NCBI GenBank assembly: GCA_963846105.1
Contig: CAWJUT010000003.1
Coordinates: 37,752-101,751, forward strand
Direction: 5' to 3'
Length of the DNA stretch: 64,000 nucleotides
Source: an uncultured delta proteobacterium
GTDB taxonomy: Bacteria; Desulfobacterota; Binatia; UTPRO1
The notes under the pieces were generated by a model that was not told the origin of the DNA, made no database searches, and was given only the letters and a program-made list of their open reading frames with translations. Position numbers and translations under genes: made by a program. Shown here piece after piece: positions 37,009-47,247 of this stretch; within the stretch, counting starts at the first letter, position 1; each line of letters begins with the position of its first letter.

Positions 37009-37885
37009 GATTCGCGTTCATCGAGGCGGAGAAGGCGACGTTTCCGGTGGCGGTGAGTTGCGCCGTGCTCGGGGTGTCGCGGGCGGGCTTCTACGCGTGG
37101 CGGACGCGCCCGCCCGCGCCCCGCACCATTGCCGATCAGCGGCTCGCGCTCGAGGTGGCCGCGATCTTCATGGGAGAAGCGCCAGCGCTATGGGAGCCCA
37201 CGGATGCAGCGCGAGCTCCACGACCGTGGGCAACGCATCGGCCGGATGCGGATCGCGCGGCTGATGCGGGCGCATGGCCTGCGGGCGCGTCCGCCGCGCC
37301 GGTTTCGCACGACCACCGACTCGCAGCACACGCTGCCGGTGGCGCCGAACGTGTTGGCGCGGCGCTTCACCGTGACCGCCCCGAACACCGTGTGGGTGAG
37401 CGACCTCACGTACCTGTGGACGGGCGAGGGCTGGCTCTATCTGCTCGTGATCCTCGATCTCTTTTCTCGGCGCGTCATCGGCTGGGCCACTCGGCGATCA
37501 CATGACCCGCCAGCTTGCGCTCGACGCGCTCGCGATGGCCCTCATGCATCGGCGGCCGCCGCCGGGGCTGCTGTTTCACTCCGATCGCGGCAGCCAGTAC
37601 GCGAGCACCGAGTTTTCCAGCACCTCGCTGACGCCCACGGGCATCGTCGCCAGCATGAGCCGGCGCGGCGACTGCTGGGACAACGCCGTCGCCGAGAGCT
37701 TCTTCTCGACGTTCAAGCTCGAACTCGTGTACGAGACGGCGTGGCTCACACGGGCAGAAGCGCGCCCCGCGATCTTCGAGTACCTGGAGATGTTCTATAA
37801 CGGCCAACGACTGCATTCCTCACTCGGGTACGTCAGCCCGATCGCATTTGAACGTCAGTACGAACGGCAACAGCGGGCAGCTTAA
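37005..37885 (+). CDS. IS3 transposase OrfB (DDE; frameshifted)
   Basis: YGSPRM, WVSDLTYL, DLFSRRVIGW, FHSDRGSQY, CWDNAVAESFF, HSSLGYVSP. Confidence 0.9.
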
Positions 37886-38050
37886 CCAGAGTGTCTACGA
37901 GATCGAGGCAAGCCCACAGAGTCTGTCGATGCGACAATCCAGGTCACGGACGTGTAAGGTGAAACTCTGCGTGGGCCGATATAGTGACCTGCCCCCCGCG
38001 ATCTGGCCGATAGATTCTGCTAGTCCTTCCCGCGTGGCGGGGAGGACACG

Positions 38051-38317
38051 ATGCGGAAGAGCCGATTCAGCGAAGAGCAGATCATCCAGATCTTGAAGGC
38101 CGCCGAGGCCGGGCAGAAGGTCCAGGATCTCTGCCGCAAGCACGGCATCAGCGAGCACACGTTCTACCGATGGCGGGCCAAGTACGGCGGCATGGACGTG
38201 AGCGACGCGAAGAAGCTCCGGGCGCTCGAGGACGAGAATCGACGCCTGAAACACCTGGTCGCCGATCTCACGCTCGATAACCAGATGCTGAAGTCGGTCG
38301 TCGCAAAAAAATGGTGA
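38051..38317 (+). CDS. IS407-group transposase OrfA
   Basis: [27 protein letters not shown]; ends in AAAAAAATGGTGA -1 frameshift signal. Confidence 0.94.
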   Translation: MRKSRFSEEQIIQILKAAEAGQKVQDLCRKHGISEHTFYRWRAKYGGMDVSDAKKLRALEDENRRLKHLVADLTLDNQMLKSVVAKKW

Positions 38318-39138
38318 CGCCTGCGGCCCGCCGGCTGGCGGTAGGCGTGCTGCGTGCTGACTTTCCCGTCAGCCTAAGCCGGGCCTGTGCCGCACTTGGG
38401 GTGGCGCGGTCGAGCTGTCGATACGTGAGTCGCCGCGCGGATGAGTCGCTGCGGGCCGCCTTGCGGACGGTCGCCGCGGCCCGGCCCCGTTTCGGCTACC
38501 GGCGCCTCCACATCCTGCTGCGGCGGGACGGGTGGGCGTGCAATCACAAACGCGTGTATCGGCTCTATCGCGCCGAGCGCCTGGCCGTCCGGCGCCGGCG
38601 GCGTCGCAAACTCGCGGCTAGGTGTCGGGTGCTGCTGCCCGTGCCGACGCGGCCGCACGAGCGGTGGTCGATGGACTTCATGGGCGACACGCTCGCACGA
38701 GGCCGGACCTTTCGCACGCTCAACATCGTCGACAACGGCAGCCGGGAATGCCTGGCGATCGAAGTCGACCACGGCCTCTCCGGACAGCGCGTGGCGCGGG
38801 TGCTCGACCAGCTCGCCGCGACCCGCCCGCTGCCCAAGCAGATCGTCGTCGACAACGGCCCGGAGTTCACGAGTCGGGCGCTCGATGCCTGGGCCTATGC
38901 TCACGGCGTCGAGCTCCACTTCATCCGGCCCGGCAAGCCCGTCGACAACGCGTTCATCGAGTCGTTCAACGGCAAGTTCCGCGATGAGTGCCTAAACGGG
39001 CACTGGTTCCTAGATCTCGACGAGGCGCGTACGAAGATCGAGGCGTGGCGGACCGACTACAACGAGGTGCGACCCCACAGTGCGCTCGGCAACCGCACCC
39101 CAACCGAATACGCTACCCAGGCAGGACTAGCAGCATAA
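38311..39138 (+). CDS. IS407-group transposase OrfB (DDE)
   Basis: [41 protein letters not shown]. Confidence 0.95.
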   Translation: MVTPAARRLAVGVLRADFPVSLSRACAALGVARSSCRYVSRRADESLRAALRTVAAARPRFGYRRLHILLRRDGWACNHKRVYRLYRAERLAVRRRRRRKLAARCRVLLPVPTRPHERWSMDFMGDTLARGRTFRTLNIVDNGSRECLAIEVDHGLSGQRVARVLDQLAATRPLPKQIVVDNGPEFTSRALDAWAYAHGVELHFIRPGKPVDNAFIESFNGKFRDECLNGHWFLDLDEARTKIEAWRTDYNEVRPHSALGNRTPTEYATQAGLAA

Positions 39139-39337
39139 AGAGTCGGCGGATTTGGGGGGCAGGTCAATAGCGCCCGCAGCACGCCGCGCTCGTCCGGCTG
39201 GATTTGGTGAGCCTGCCGAAACGCACCGAGAACGACGCAGCGGTCTGTCGCACAATGATGTCTTCGTGCCTGCTCCAAACATCCGGCTCCGAACTCACCA
39301 CGACCCCACTAGGGCGGCGGCGGCTGGTTAATTCTCC

Positions 39338-39367
39338 TTGACACGTACGGACAATGCCCCCGATAGT
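39338..39367 (+). promoter_or_regulatory. Possible sigma70 promoter
   Basis: TTGACA-N18-GATAGT upstream of the RBS GGAGG and ATG at 39416. Confidence 0.4.
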
Positions 39368-39415
39368 GCGCTCGCGTCCGACACAGTGCCGTGTCCCGCC
39401 GATGGAGGTTGCCCG

Positions 39416-40123
39416 ATGCAGAGGTACGTATTCCTCGCTGTTGCGGCTATCGCGGCCGTCGGCTTGGCTACCGGTTCGGCCCAAGCGCAGTGCGCGTTCG
39501 AGCATCCGAGGAAAGCCAAGAAGTTCCAGGCCTCGCTCGTCCAGGCCTTCACGGGGTGTGAGACCGATTATGCGAACACCGCAACGGAGGGAGGCCTGGC
39601 GAGCTGCAAGCCACCCGAGACCTGGAACGAGCAATATGGCTCGCCGCCCGACGGCTGGCTCTGGGACGAGACGAGAGGTCGTGGCACCGTGTCGTTCACG
39701 GCCGCGAAGGTGACCAAGTTCATCCAGGTCGGCACCGCGCTTCCGGGCGCGAATCCCGCGAGCCCGTTCAATCCGGTTGGTGATGTCGTCGATCTCGTCG
39801 TTCAGATGAAGCTCGGCGGCGTCATCTCGAATCTTCCGGTCCTTCTGGTGAAGCGGGAACCGGGAGGCTCGTAACCCTCGTGCGCATCACCCTCGACGAT
39901 CGGATGAACGGAGACATGACTCTCGTCGACTTTCCCGGCTCGTTCCCGTTCGATCTCACGAACGGCCAGGCGAAGCTCAAGACCTCGATGAACGCGCTAC
40001 TCAACAGCATCGACCAGCCGGGCCTCGCGCCATGCACGAGCGTCGAGATCGTCTCCGTGGCGGTGTGTCGACGAGAACTTCAACCAGTTCGGTCGGGTTG
40101 GACTCTTTCTCCCGACGCTGTAA
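39416..40123 (+). CDS. Hypothetical secreted protein (frameshifts near 39835 and 40065)
   Basis: GGAGG RBS, signal peptide MQRYVFLAVAAIAAVGLATGSAQA, continues through ORF 39880 and ends DENFNQFGRVGLFLPTL-TAA at 40121-40123. Confidence 0.7.
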
Positions 40124-40124
40124 G

Positions 40125-40198
40125 TGCCCCCGGCGCGATTCGAACGCACGACCCCAGGATTAGGAATCCTGTGCTCTATCCACCTGAGCTACGGGGGC
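40125..40198 (-). tRNA. tRNA-Arg (anticodon CCT)
   Basis: GCCCCCG acceptor stem, TAGCTCAGGTGGATAGAGC D arm, CAGGA-TTCCTAA-TCCTG anticodon arm, GTTCGAATC T loop; CCA not encoded. Confidence 0.96.
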
Positions 40199-40559
40199 GC
40201 AGTTGTGAGATCAGCGACTTAGCGCAGTCTGCGAGGTATCGTCAAAACGTGTGGATCGGGGAGCCGTCCGTGACGAGTTTCCCGAACGGCCGTTCCTACC
40301 GCACGTTCGTCTGATGTCGGGCGTCTGCGAAGCCGAAGCAAGCTCGCGGTGAAGGCCCGGCGATCTCATTCGCGCCAGCTTCGTCTGCTACCGTCCGTGC
40401 CAGACGGACCCTAGCCTGTGTGGCGACACCCCTAAAGCCGCCGCTCTGCCCCTCGCTCTCCAAGCCGGCGCGCGGCCTGGAACACAGCGCTGCGGGTTGC
40501 CCCGCGTCTCGGGAACCGCTAGCAAACCGCCGCGCGATCGAGACGCCAAGGAGGTCCCC

Positions 40560-41468
40560 ATGCCGGAGATCATTCTGCACCAGTACGCGATGTCGCCCTT
40601 CTCCGAAAAGGTCCGCAAGATCTTCGCGGTGAAACGGCTGGCGTGGCGTGGTGTCGAGCAACCGATGTGGAACCCCAAGCCCAAGCTCACGCCGCTCACG
40701 GGCGGCTACCGGCGTATTCCGGTCATGCAGATCGGTGCGGACATCTACTGTGACACGGCGTGCATCGTACGCGAGCTGGAGGCGCGGTACCCCGAGCCCT
40801 CGATCTACGCCGGCAACCGGGGCGCGGCTGAAACGATCGCGTGGTGGGCCGACCGCCAGCTCTTCACGGCCGCAGCCGGTCTCGTGCTGGCAACGGTCGG
40901 ACAGACTCTTCCGCCGGAGTTCAAAGCCGATCGCGAAAAGATGGTGCCTGGGCTTCGGATCGACGCGCTCGGAGAGCAGGCTCCGCACGCCAAGAACCAG
41001 TTCCGCGCGTTCTGCCAGGCACTCGAGCATCAGCTCGGCGGCCGTTCATACGTGCTCGGTGAAGCCTTCAGCCTCGCCGACGCGTCGTGCTTCCAGGCGC
41101 TCTGGTTCGCGCGCATGGACGCCTCGGCCGCAGCGATCATGGGAACGTTTCCCGCGCTCAGCGCCTGGTTCGCACGGGTCGACAGCCTGGGTCACGGCGA
41201 CACCCGACCGCTCGACCCCGACGAGGCGCTGGCGATCGCGGCGAAGGGCGAATCGGCAACCGCGCGTTGCGCCGATCCCGGCGACCCGAATGGGGCCAGC
41301 CCCGGCGATCGAGTCACCGTCACACCGGATGACTACGCCTTGGACCCGGTCGCAGGCGAGATCGTCGCCCTCACCTCGACCGACGTCGCCATCCGGCGGC
41401 GCGATCCGGCAGTGGGCGACGTCGTCGTCCATTTCCCGCGTGCCGGCTTCCGGCTCGCACCCGCCTGA
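40560..41468 (+). CDS. Glutathione S-transferase family protein
   Basis: SPFSEKVR, LTGGYRRIPVMQIGADIYCDT, SLADA, VHFPRAGF. Confidence 0.93.
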   Translation: MPEIILHQYAMSPFSEKVRKIFAVKRLAWRGVEQPMWNPKPKLTPLTGGYRRIPVMQIGADIYCDTACIVRELEARYPEPSIYAGNRGAAETIAWWADRQLFTAAAGLVLATVGQTLPPEFKADREKMVPGLRIDALGEQAPHAKNQFRAFCQALEHQLGGRSYVLGEAFSLADASCFQALWFARMDASAAAIMGTFPALSAWFARVDSLGHGDTRPLDPDEALAIAAKGESATARCADPGDPNGASPGDRVTVTPDDYALDPVAGEIVALTSTDVAIRRRDPAVGDVVVHFPRAGFRLAPA

Positions 41469-41504
41469 GGGACGTCGTAGCACCCGGCCGCGCACGACAC
41501 GCGA

Positions 41505-42209
41505 GTGTCCTTGGGAACTGACGAGCCGGCGGTCTTCCGTCCGGCGGTGCTGATTCCGAGCTATCAGTGCGCCGACACCATCGCCGCCGTCGTCGGCGAC
41601 GCGCGGCCGCACACCGAGCTGGTTCTGGTGGTCGACGATGGCTCGAGCGACGCCACTGCCGCGCGCGCGCGTGAGGCGGGCGCAGAGGTCGTGCGGCACG
41701 AACGCAATCGCGGCAAAGGCGCGGCGCTTCTCACCGGCATGCGCGATCTCATCGGGCGTGGTTTCACGCATGCGATCTCGATGGATGGCGACGGCCAGCA
41801 TCTCGGCCAGGAGATTCCAACTCTGCTCGCCGTGGCACGCGCCGAGCCAGCCGCGATCGTGATCGGAAGCCGCCGCATCGGCGGCCAGGAGGTCGCCGCG
41901 GCCAATCTCTTCGGCAACCGGGTCGCCAATCTCGCGGTGCGCCTCGCGGCGCGGACGGCGGTCGGTGACACACAATCGGGCTTCCGCGTCTATCCGCTGC
42001 CGGCCGTCCTCGCGTTGCCCGCGAGCGGCGATCACTTCGAGTACGAGACCACGGTGATCATTCGTGCCGCACGCGCCGGTATGCCGATTCGATCGGTACC
42101 GGTCGGCGTCTACTATCCACCGATCGCCGAGCGTCGCAGTCACTACCGCAAAGTCCGGGACACACTCCGCATCATTCGCGCAGTTGCCCCCCTCTTGTTG
42201 CGACGCTGA
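41505..42209 (+). CDS. Glycosyltransferase family 2 (DPM-synthase-like)
   Basis: VVDDGSSDAT, NRGKGAAL, MDGDGQH, DTQSGFRVY. Confidence 0.92.
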   Translation: MSLGTDEPAVFRPAVLIPSYQCADTIAAVVGDARPHTELVLVVDDGSSDATAARAREAGAEVVRHERNRGKGAALLTGMRDLIGRGFTHAISMDGDGQHLGQEIPTLLAVARAEPAAIVIGSRRIGGQEVAAANLFGNRVANLAVRLAARTAVGDTQSGFRVYPLPAVLALPASGDHFEYETTVIIRAARAGMPIRSVPVGVYYPPIAERRSHYRKVRDTLRIIRAVAPLLLRR

Positions 42210-42288
42210 GGCGGCGCGACCGCTACTTTTGCGGCGCGGAAATGCCCTGCCCTCCGCGAAAACTCGGCGTTCTCGCCTGCGGGCGCCG

Positions 42289-42304
42289 TGGCATTCGTCT
42301 TGCT
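42289..42304 (+). promoter_or_regulatory. sigma54 -24/-12 promoter
   Basis: TGGCAT-TCGTC-TTGCT upstream of the GGAGG RBS and GTG at 42332. Confidence 0.65.
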
Positions 42305-42331
42305 GTCTCTCGCCGCGGAGGAACCAGACTA

Positions 42332-42586
42332 GTGGAAAGACTCGCACCCGTGATTCGTGATCTCCGCAACCGGCTGGGCCTCACCCAAGAGGAGTTCGCA
42401 CACGCTCTGGGCATCACGGTCAGCACTGTGAACCGTTGGGAGAAGGGTCATTCCGTGCCGAGCAAGCTTGCGCGCGCGTCCCTCGCCCGCTTCGCTGGGC
42501 GGCGTGGCGTGGCCGTGGAGAGCTTGCTGGAAGACATCGACCCTGGCGTCGTGCCGCCTCCCCGATCGACGCCTTCGACGAACTGA
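42332..42586 (+). CDS. XRE/Cro-family HTH protein
   Basis: IRDLRNRLGLTQEEFAHALGITVSTVNRWEKG. Confidence 0.88.
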   Translation: MERLAPVIRDLRNRLGLTQEEFAHALGITVSTVNRWEKGHSVPSKLARASLARFAGRRGVAVESLLEDIDPGVVPPPRSTPSTN

Positions 42587-42718
42587 ACCGCTTGGCCCGC
42601 CGCGCACCGTTCTCCCGGGTGCCCGAGCGGCGTATCATCCTCTTAGCTGCGGCCCCCTCCCCCGTTCCCGCGTACGCGTCGCCCGTCACGTTGCGAGCGC
42701 GGCTTCTTTCGAGATCCG

Positions 42719-43291
42719 TCAGGCGCTCGCGCCTCCGGCGGCAACTTGTGCCCGCAGACCCCCGACACGGCGCTCGACCAACTCGTCGGCACGGGCCAGG
42801 AGCGCCTCGTCATGGGTGTACTTCTCGATCATGAAGCTCAGGTCGCCGAGGTCGTGAATGAGCATCTGCACCGCCTGATCTCGCCAGCGCCGGTCCTTCA
42901 CGACTTGCAGGAGATCGACGACCACGTCTTCGAGCTCGGAGCTTTCGATGTCGACCGCCATGGTGAGCGCGCGATCGATGTCGACGCCGCGGCGGGCTTC
43001 CTTGACATAGGCGGCGAGCAGCGCGCGCAAGCGCGCCACCGTGGTGTCGTCGAACCACACCTTGCGATCGCCGACCAGTGCCGGGTCGTTCTCGATCAGG
43101 CTCTCGACGAGCGCCAGCGCGCCGCAGTGCCCGGCCTCGTGGCGCGCCATCGCGAACCAGAAGCTGCGTAGCTGGTCGATGCTTTTGAACGTCCGGACGA
43201 ACACGGTGTAGAGCTGCATCGTCCTGCGTTCGAGATCGATCGCGGTGTCGAGCACTTCGCGGATGGTGGCGCGTCGGCTCCGGACCCGCAT
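42719..43291 (-). CDS. Ferritin/rubrerythrin-like protein
   Basis: AIDLERRTMQLY..FWFAMARHEAGHC..AVDIESSE helical pattern. Confidence 0.6.
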   Translation of the reverse strand: MRVRSRRATIREVLDTAIDLERRTMQLYTVFVRTFKSIDQLRSFWFAMARHEAGHCGALALVESLIENDPALVGDRKVWFDDTTVARLRALLAAYVKEARRGVDIDRALTMAVDIESSELEDVVVDLLQVVKDRRWRDQAVQMLIHDLGDLSFMIEKYTHDEALLARADELVERRVGGLRAQVAAGGASA

Positions 43292-43393
43292 GGCGCGGCC
43301 ATAACAAGAAGGCATCGGGTTGGAAAGCGCCCGCGTCGACAGGCGCGGTCGGGCGCGTTGGAAAGTACGCGTCGCGGCGCTAGAATCCGGGTG

Positions 43394-43894
43394 ATGCGTT
43401 GGCTTCTGGTTTGCGCTCTGTTGATCGCGAGCGCGTGCATGCAGGATCCGGTACGCGACCCCGCGGTGACCCAGGATGTGCTCGCCTACCTGGCGAAGAT
43501 CCGCAAGTGGGAGGCCGTCGAGGTCGAGGCGCTGCGCGCGATCCGCGACGTCAAGCGCTCGCAGTACGTGGACGACGACTACGTCATCAGTACGCTCGGC
43601 GGCGTCATGGACGACGTCGAGCTGCATCTCGAGGAGGTGACCCGCTACCAGCCACGCACCGCACCGGTGATCGACGTGCATACCCGCTACCGTACCGCCT
43701 GGCGCGACCTGCACGATGCGTTCGCGGAGATCATCGCCGCCATGGAACGCAAGGACTACGTCGAGCTCTCCAAGGGTACCGAGGCGATGGCCCGGTCGCG
43801 CGACGAGCTCATCACCGTCGCGGCGGCTCTGAATCTCCTGCTCAAGGAGACCGGCCTGAAGGACGAGGACGCCGGCGCGCCGGCGGCGTCCTGA
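43394..43894 (+). CDS. Hypothetical lipoprotein
   Basis: Signal with ASAC lipobox; helical; host-like codon usage. Confidence 0.7.
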   Translation: MRWLLVCALLIASACMQDPVRDPAVTQDVLAYLAKIRKWEAVEVEALRAIRDVKRSQYVDDDYVISTLGGVMDDVELHLEEVTRYQPRTAPVIDVHTRYRTAWRDLHDAFAEIIAAMERKDYVELSKGTEAMARSRDELITVAAALNLLLKETGLKDEDAGAPAAS

Positions 43895-43907
43895 GCAGGC
43901 GACGCGC

Positions 43908-44721
43908 GTGGGCGGCGACGCGCTCGAGGAGATCGCCGAGCTGATCGCCGCGGTCGGGCGATGCTATCAGAGCGCCCGGCGGTATCGCGCGATTGCGACG
44001 CTGGCCGAGGGCCGTACCCTCGAGCGGGCACTCGAGATCGGCGCGACGGTGCGCCAGGGCGCGCGCGGCGGCGGCCTCGATGTCGCGGCAGCCGCGGCGG
44101 CGGCCGATACGCTGCGCGCGCTACTGGCCGAGTGCGAAGCGGCGATGGCTGGAGTGCGGGCGAGCGATCTCTATCGTCGTGCCGCCGGCGCCTGGGAAGA
44201 TGGCCGCGGCGGCGAGGTCGCGGCGCTGGCCCCCGAGATCTTCGCCGAGGTCGAGCCCTATCCCGACTGTCCGACGCTCTACTATCCGGTCCGGTTGCGA
44301 GAAGACGGCGCGGCGGCGAGCATTTCGTTGCGCCCGAGGCCTGCGCTGCCGCCATCGCGGAGCTGGCTGCGCGAACGGAATCGCGGCGTCGCCGTCGCCG
44401 ACCGATCTCGGCGCCGACGAGAGGATCAGGGCGGTCTTTCTCAGCGACGACCCCGAGGGCCTGGAGAGCCCGGTGGCGCTGACGATCGAGCCAGCGAGCT
44501 TCGGCGTGCCGGTCTGCCGTGTCGGTGTCGGCGGCGACGTCGCCCTCTACGTCGCGAGGCTACGGGTACCGTTCGCGGTTCGTTGCGCGCCAGCGTTACA
44601 CGACGAATGGTGGGCCGTGCGTCCGGACGCGTACGAACGCTACGTCGCAGAGTTACGCGCCGAGCTCACGGCGCGCGCTATCCCCCTCGCCGACTCGACG
44701 GAACGGCGAGGGGGCTCGTAG
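43908..44721 (+). CDS. Hypothetical protein (frameshifted)
   Basis: Plausible coding segments in ORF 43908 (N-half) and ORF 43993 (C-half, ending at 44721). Confidence 0.5.
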
Positions 44722-45223
44722 TCGGGCTCGACGACGACCTCCTCGGGCTCGGTGGCTGGAACCGGCTCACCGTACGTCTCGAGCGGCGGGTGACAAGACA
44801 CTGCCCCCGTGATGCGATAGCAGGTTGTGCGGTCGAGATGCGCCGGCCGGACGTAGTAGTCGCCCTCGGTGGTGTTCACCCACCATCCCTTGGCGGTCCG
44901 CAGGTCGCCTCCGGACACCCAGCCGCTGAAGCCGCCGAGTGCGGCACCGGTCGCGCCGAACACCATGCGCAGCGGCGTGTAGACGATATTGATCGCCGTC
45001 GACGGCGACCGAGAGACCGAACTCCGCGCCCGGGTGCGGGTGGTCTTCACGGATCACACGCGCACATGGATTGATGCAGTGGCGGGGCGCACCCACCTCC
45101 ACACCATGATGCACAGGGCACGTCGGGCCGAGCGTGAGGACATGGCGCGTCGGGTGTTCCCGCGAACGCCGATCCCGTCACTACCGCCATTCCCACCATC
45201 ACACCGATCAGGACGCTTCGCAT
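44640..45223 (-). CDS. Hypothetical exported/membrane protein (frameshifted)
   Basis: GGAGGT RBS and signal-like MRSVLIGVMVGMAVV from 45223; C-half INIVYTPLRMVFGATGAALGG..EGDYYVRPAHL. Confidence 0.55.
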
Positions 45224-45382
45224 CGCGCGTCACCTCCGTTTGGCAGCGTTCTCGCCATGTTGCCACCCTTGGTGGGTGTCGCGCAATCGGTCTTTCGTAG
45301 GCCGCCGGTGCCACGAAGGCCGGCGGTTGACGTTCCCTCCCCCGCTACGCCCTCTCGACTCCCAGTGCGTCGCCGACCCCCC

Positions 45383-46699
45383 TCACAGCTTCTCCTCCAG
45401 CGCACTCGCCAACCGCCGGACTTCGGGGTCGCACGTGCGTCGGGTCTCGATGACCCGGACCGCGTGCAACACCGTTGTATGGTCACGCCCGTAGCGCTCG
45501 CCGATCGAGGCGAACGACAGGCCCATGTGCTTTCGCATGAGATACATCGTGAGTTGCCGCGCGAACACCACCCGAGACTCCCGCCGCGGCGACAGGATCT
45601 GGCGGGGCTCGATACCGAGATACGTACCGACCAGGGTCTCTACGCGCTCCGCCGAGAGGCGTCGATGGGCGTCGGGATACATCGGGCCGATCGTCTCCTC
45701 GGCGAGCGCGCGGTCGATCGTGCGCCCGTTCAGCGACGCGACGGCGCGCAACCGTGTGAGCGCGCCCTCGAGCTCGCGGACGCTGACCGCATGAATGCGC
45801 TCGGAGAGATAGTCGAGCACCGGATCGGGCAGCGTCATCCCGGCGAGCTCGGCTTTACGGGCCAGGATACGCCGGCGCGTCGGCCGGTCGGGTGGCGTCA
45901 CCTCGGCGATCATCCCGCCCTCGAATCGACTGCGCAGGCTCGCTTCGAGATCCGCGATGCCACGCGGCGCCTTGTCGGAGGTCACCACGATCTGCTTCCC
46001 GGCGGCGCACAACAGATCGAAAGTGTGCAGAAACTCCTCCTGCGTGCGTTCCTTGCCGGCGATGAACTGGACGTCGTCGACCAGCAGGGTGTCGACCCGC
46101 CGGTAGCGCTGGTGGAAGGTCTCCATTTGCTGTCGGCGCACGGCGCTTACCATCTCGTTCACGAACGCCTCGGCGCTGACGGCGAGGACGCGCAGCCGGC
46201 GGAAGTTCGTCTCGAGCGCGGCGGCGATGGCGCTCATGAGATGGGTCTTGCCGAGCCCGACTCCGCCGTGAATGAAGAACGGATTGTAGTGTCGACCAGG
46301 CGCGCCGGCGACGGTCAACGCGGCGGCGTGCGCCAGCTCGTTACACGAGCCGGCGACGAACGTCTCGAAGGTGAGGGCGTGCCCGGGATGGCGCAGCGGA
46401 TCGACGGCGGGCGCCGGGCGTGGTGATGGCGGAGGTGGTGCGCACTCTCCGGCGAGGCCGGTGGGGCGGATGGACAGGACGACTGGCACCGGTCGACCGG
46501 CGACGGTCTCGACGGTGGATCGTATTCGCTCGAGGAAGTGATGCTGCACCCACGTGCGGTGCAGCGCCGTCGGCGCCTCGACCGTGAGCGTGTCGCTCGG
46601 GTCGGCGGACGTCTGCAAGCACGAGATCCATGCCGCAAAGTCCTGGCTCGGCATCGAAAGCTGCAACTCCACCAGCGTCCGGTCCCAAAGATCGTTCAT
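45383..46699 (-). CDS. dnaA: Chromosomal replication initiator DnaA (possibly a second paralog)
   Basis: TFETFVAGSCN, YNPFFIHGGVGLGKTHL, LLVDDVQF, QEEF, LRSRF, VRELEGAL, domain IV IGERYGRDHTTVLHA. Confidence 0.93.
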   Translation of the reverse strand: MNDLWDRTLVELQLSMPSQDFAAWISCLQTSADPSDTLTVEAPTALHRTWVQHHFLERIRSTVETVAGRPVPVVLSIRPTGLAGECAPPPPSPRPAPAVDPLRHPGHALTFETFVAGSCNELAHAAALTVAGAPGRHYNPFFIHGGVGLGKTHLMSAIAAALETNFRRLRVLAVSAEAFVNEMVSAVRRQQMETFHQRYRRVDTLLVDDVQFIAGKERTQEEFLHTFDLLCAAGKQIVVTSDKAPRGIADLEASLRSRFEGGMIAEVTPPDRPTRRRILARKAELAGMTLPDPVLDYLSERIHAVSVRELEGALTRLRAVASLNGRTIDRALAEETIGPMYPDAHRRLSAERVETLVGTYLGIEPRQILSPRRESRVVFARQLTMYLMRKHMGLSFASIGERYGRDHTTVLHAVRVIETRRTCDPEVRRLASALEEKL

Positions 46700-46795
46700 C
46701 GAACTGATCCCTCCCTCGCCTGATCGCCCGCGCGCTTCCCCCTTCCCTTCCGCACCACACCGCCCGCACGGTCCACGCCACTTTGTGATCGCCCG

Positions 46796-46817
46796 TTGTC
46801 CACAGCCTGGTGATAAC
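46796..46817. promoter_or_regulatory. Inverted pair of DnaA-box-like sites upstream of dnaA
   Basis: TTGTCCACA-GCC-TGGTGATAA; first box has 1 mismatch to TTATCCACA, second has 2 mismatches to TGTGGATAA. Confidence 0.6.
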
Positions 46818-47247
46818 TGAAGGAGCGTCGCGGTCACGCATAGTTGGCGTTGGCGTCCAACTAGATGTGCACAGGTCGCGCGCGCTCCGGTGCCCGCCCC
46901 TGCATCCTCTGCCGGGCACGGCGAGCAGCCACTTTGAGAGCATCGATACTATTTTGTTACGAGAAACGTTCTTGAGGGTTTCAAAGCGACGAACTACTAC
47001 CCTCCGTCGAGAAGGATAGCAAGAGAAAAATAATGGGAGGGACACTATTTTGAGATCACTCTATACACATCGCGACCATCGACCATCGGCGGCGTCTCGA
47101 AGGCATCGCCGCGATCGCTCCGTTGGCCGTGCTGGGGAGCGTTTGACATCGTCTTGGCAGTTCCGTTACGGAGTGCGCGAACTTGCTCGGGGTCGGCGTC
47201 GGGATAGCGAAGCCCGATGACGCGTCCTATCGAACAGGAGGTGGCTG

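Larger units (their letters stand above)
36646..37916 (+). mobile_element. IS3-family insertion sequence (1271 bp)
   Basis: IRL TGAGCCTGCCTCGGTTTCGTGGACAC and IRR (reverse complement TGGGCTTGCCTCGATCTCGTAGACAC); TG..CA ends; 3-bp target duplication CAG. Confidence 0.93.
37985..39166 (+). mobile_element. IS3-family (IS407-group-like) insertion sequence (1182 bp), apparently intact
   Basis: IRL TGACCTGCCCCCC and IRR GGGGGGCAGGTCA; 4-bp target duplication ATAG. Confidence 0.95.
36309..40166. mobile_element. tRNA-Arg-integrated islet without an integrase
   Basis: Bounded by 46-bp direct repeats of the tRNA 3' half; contains two IS3 elements and one secreted-protein gene. Confidence 0.8.

Noticed and set aside
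46796-47070. Calling this region oriC
   Set aside because: Only two or three DnaA-box-like sites, no dnaN linkage, dif nearby and no KOPS polarity switch noticed; kept only as an alternative in the dnaA finding.
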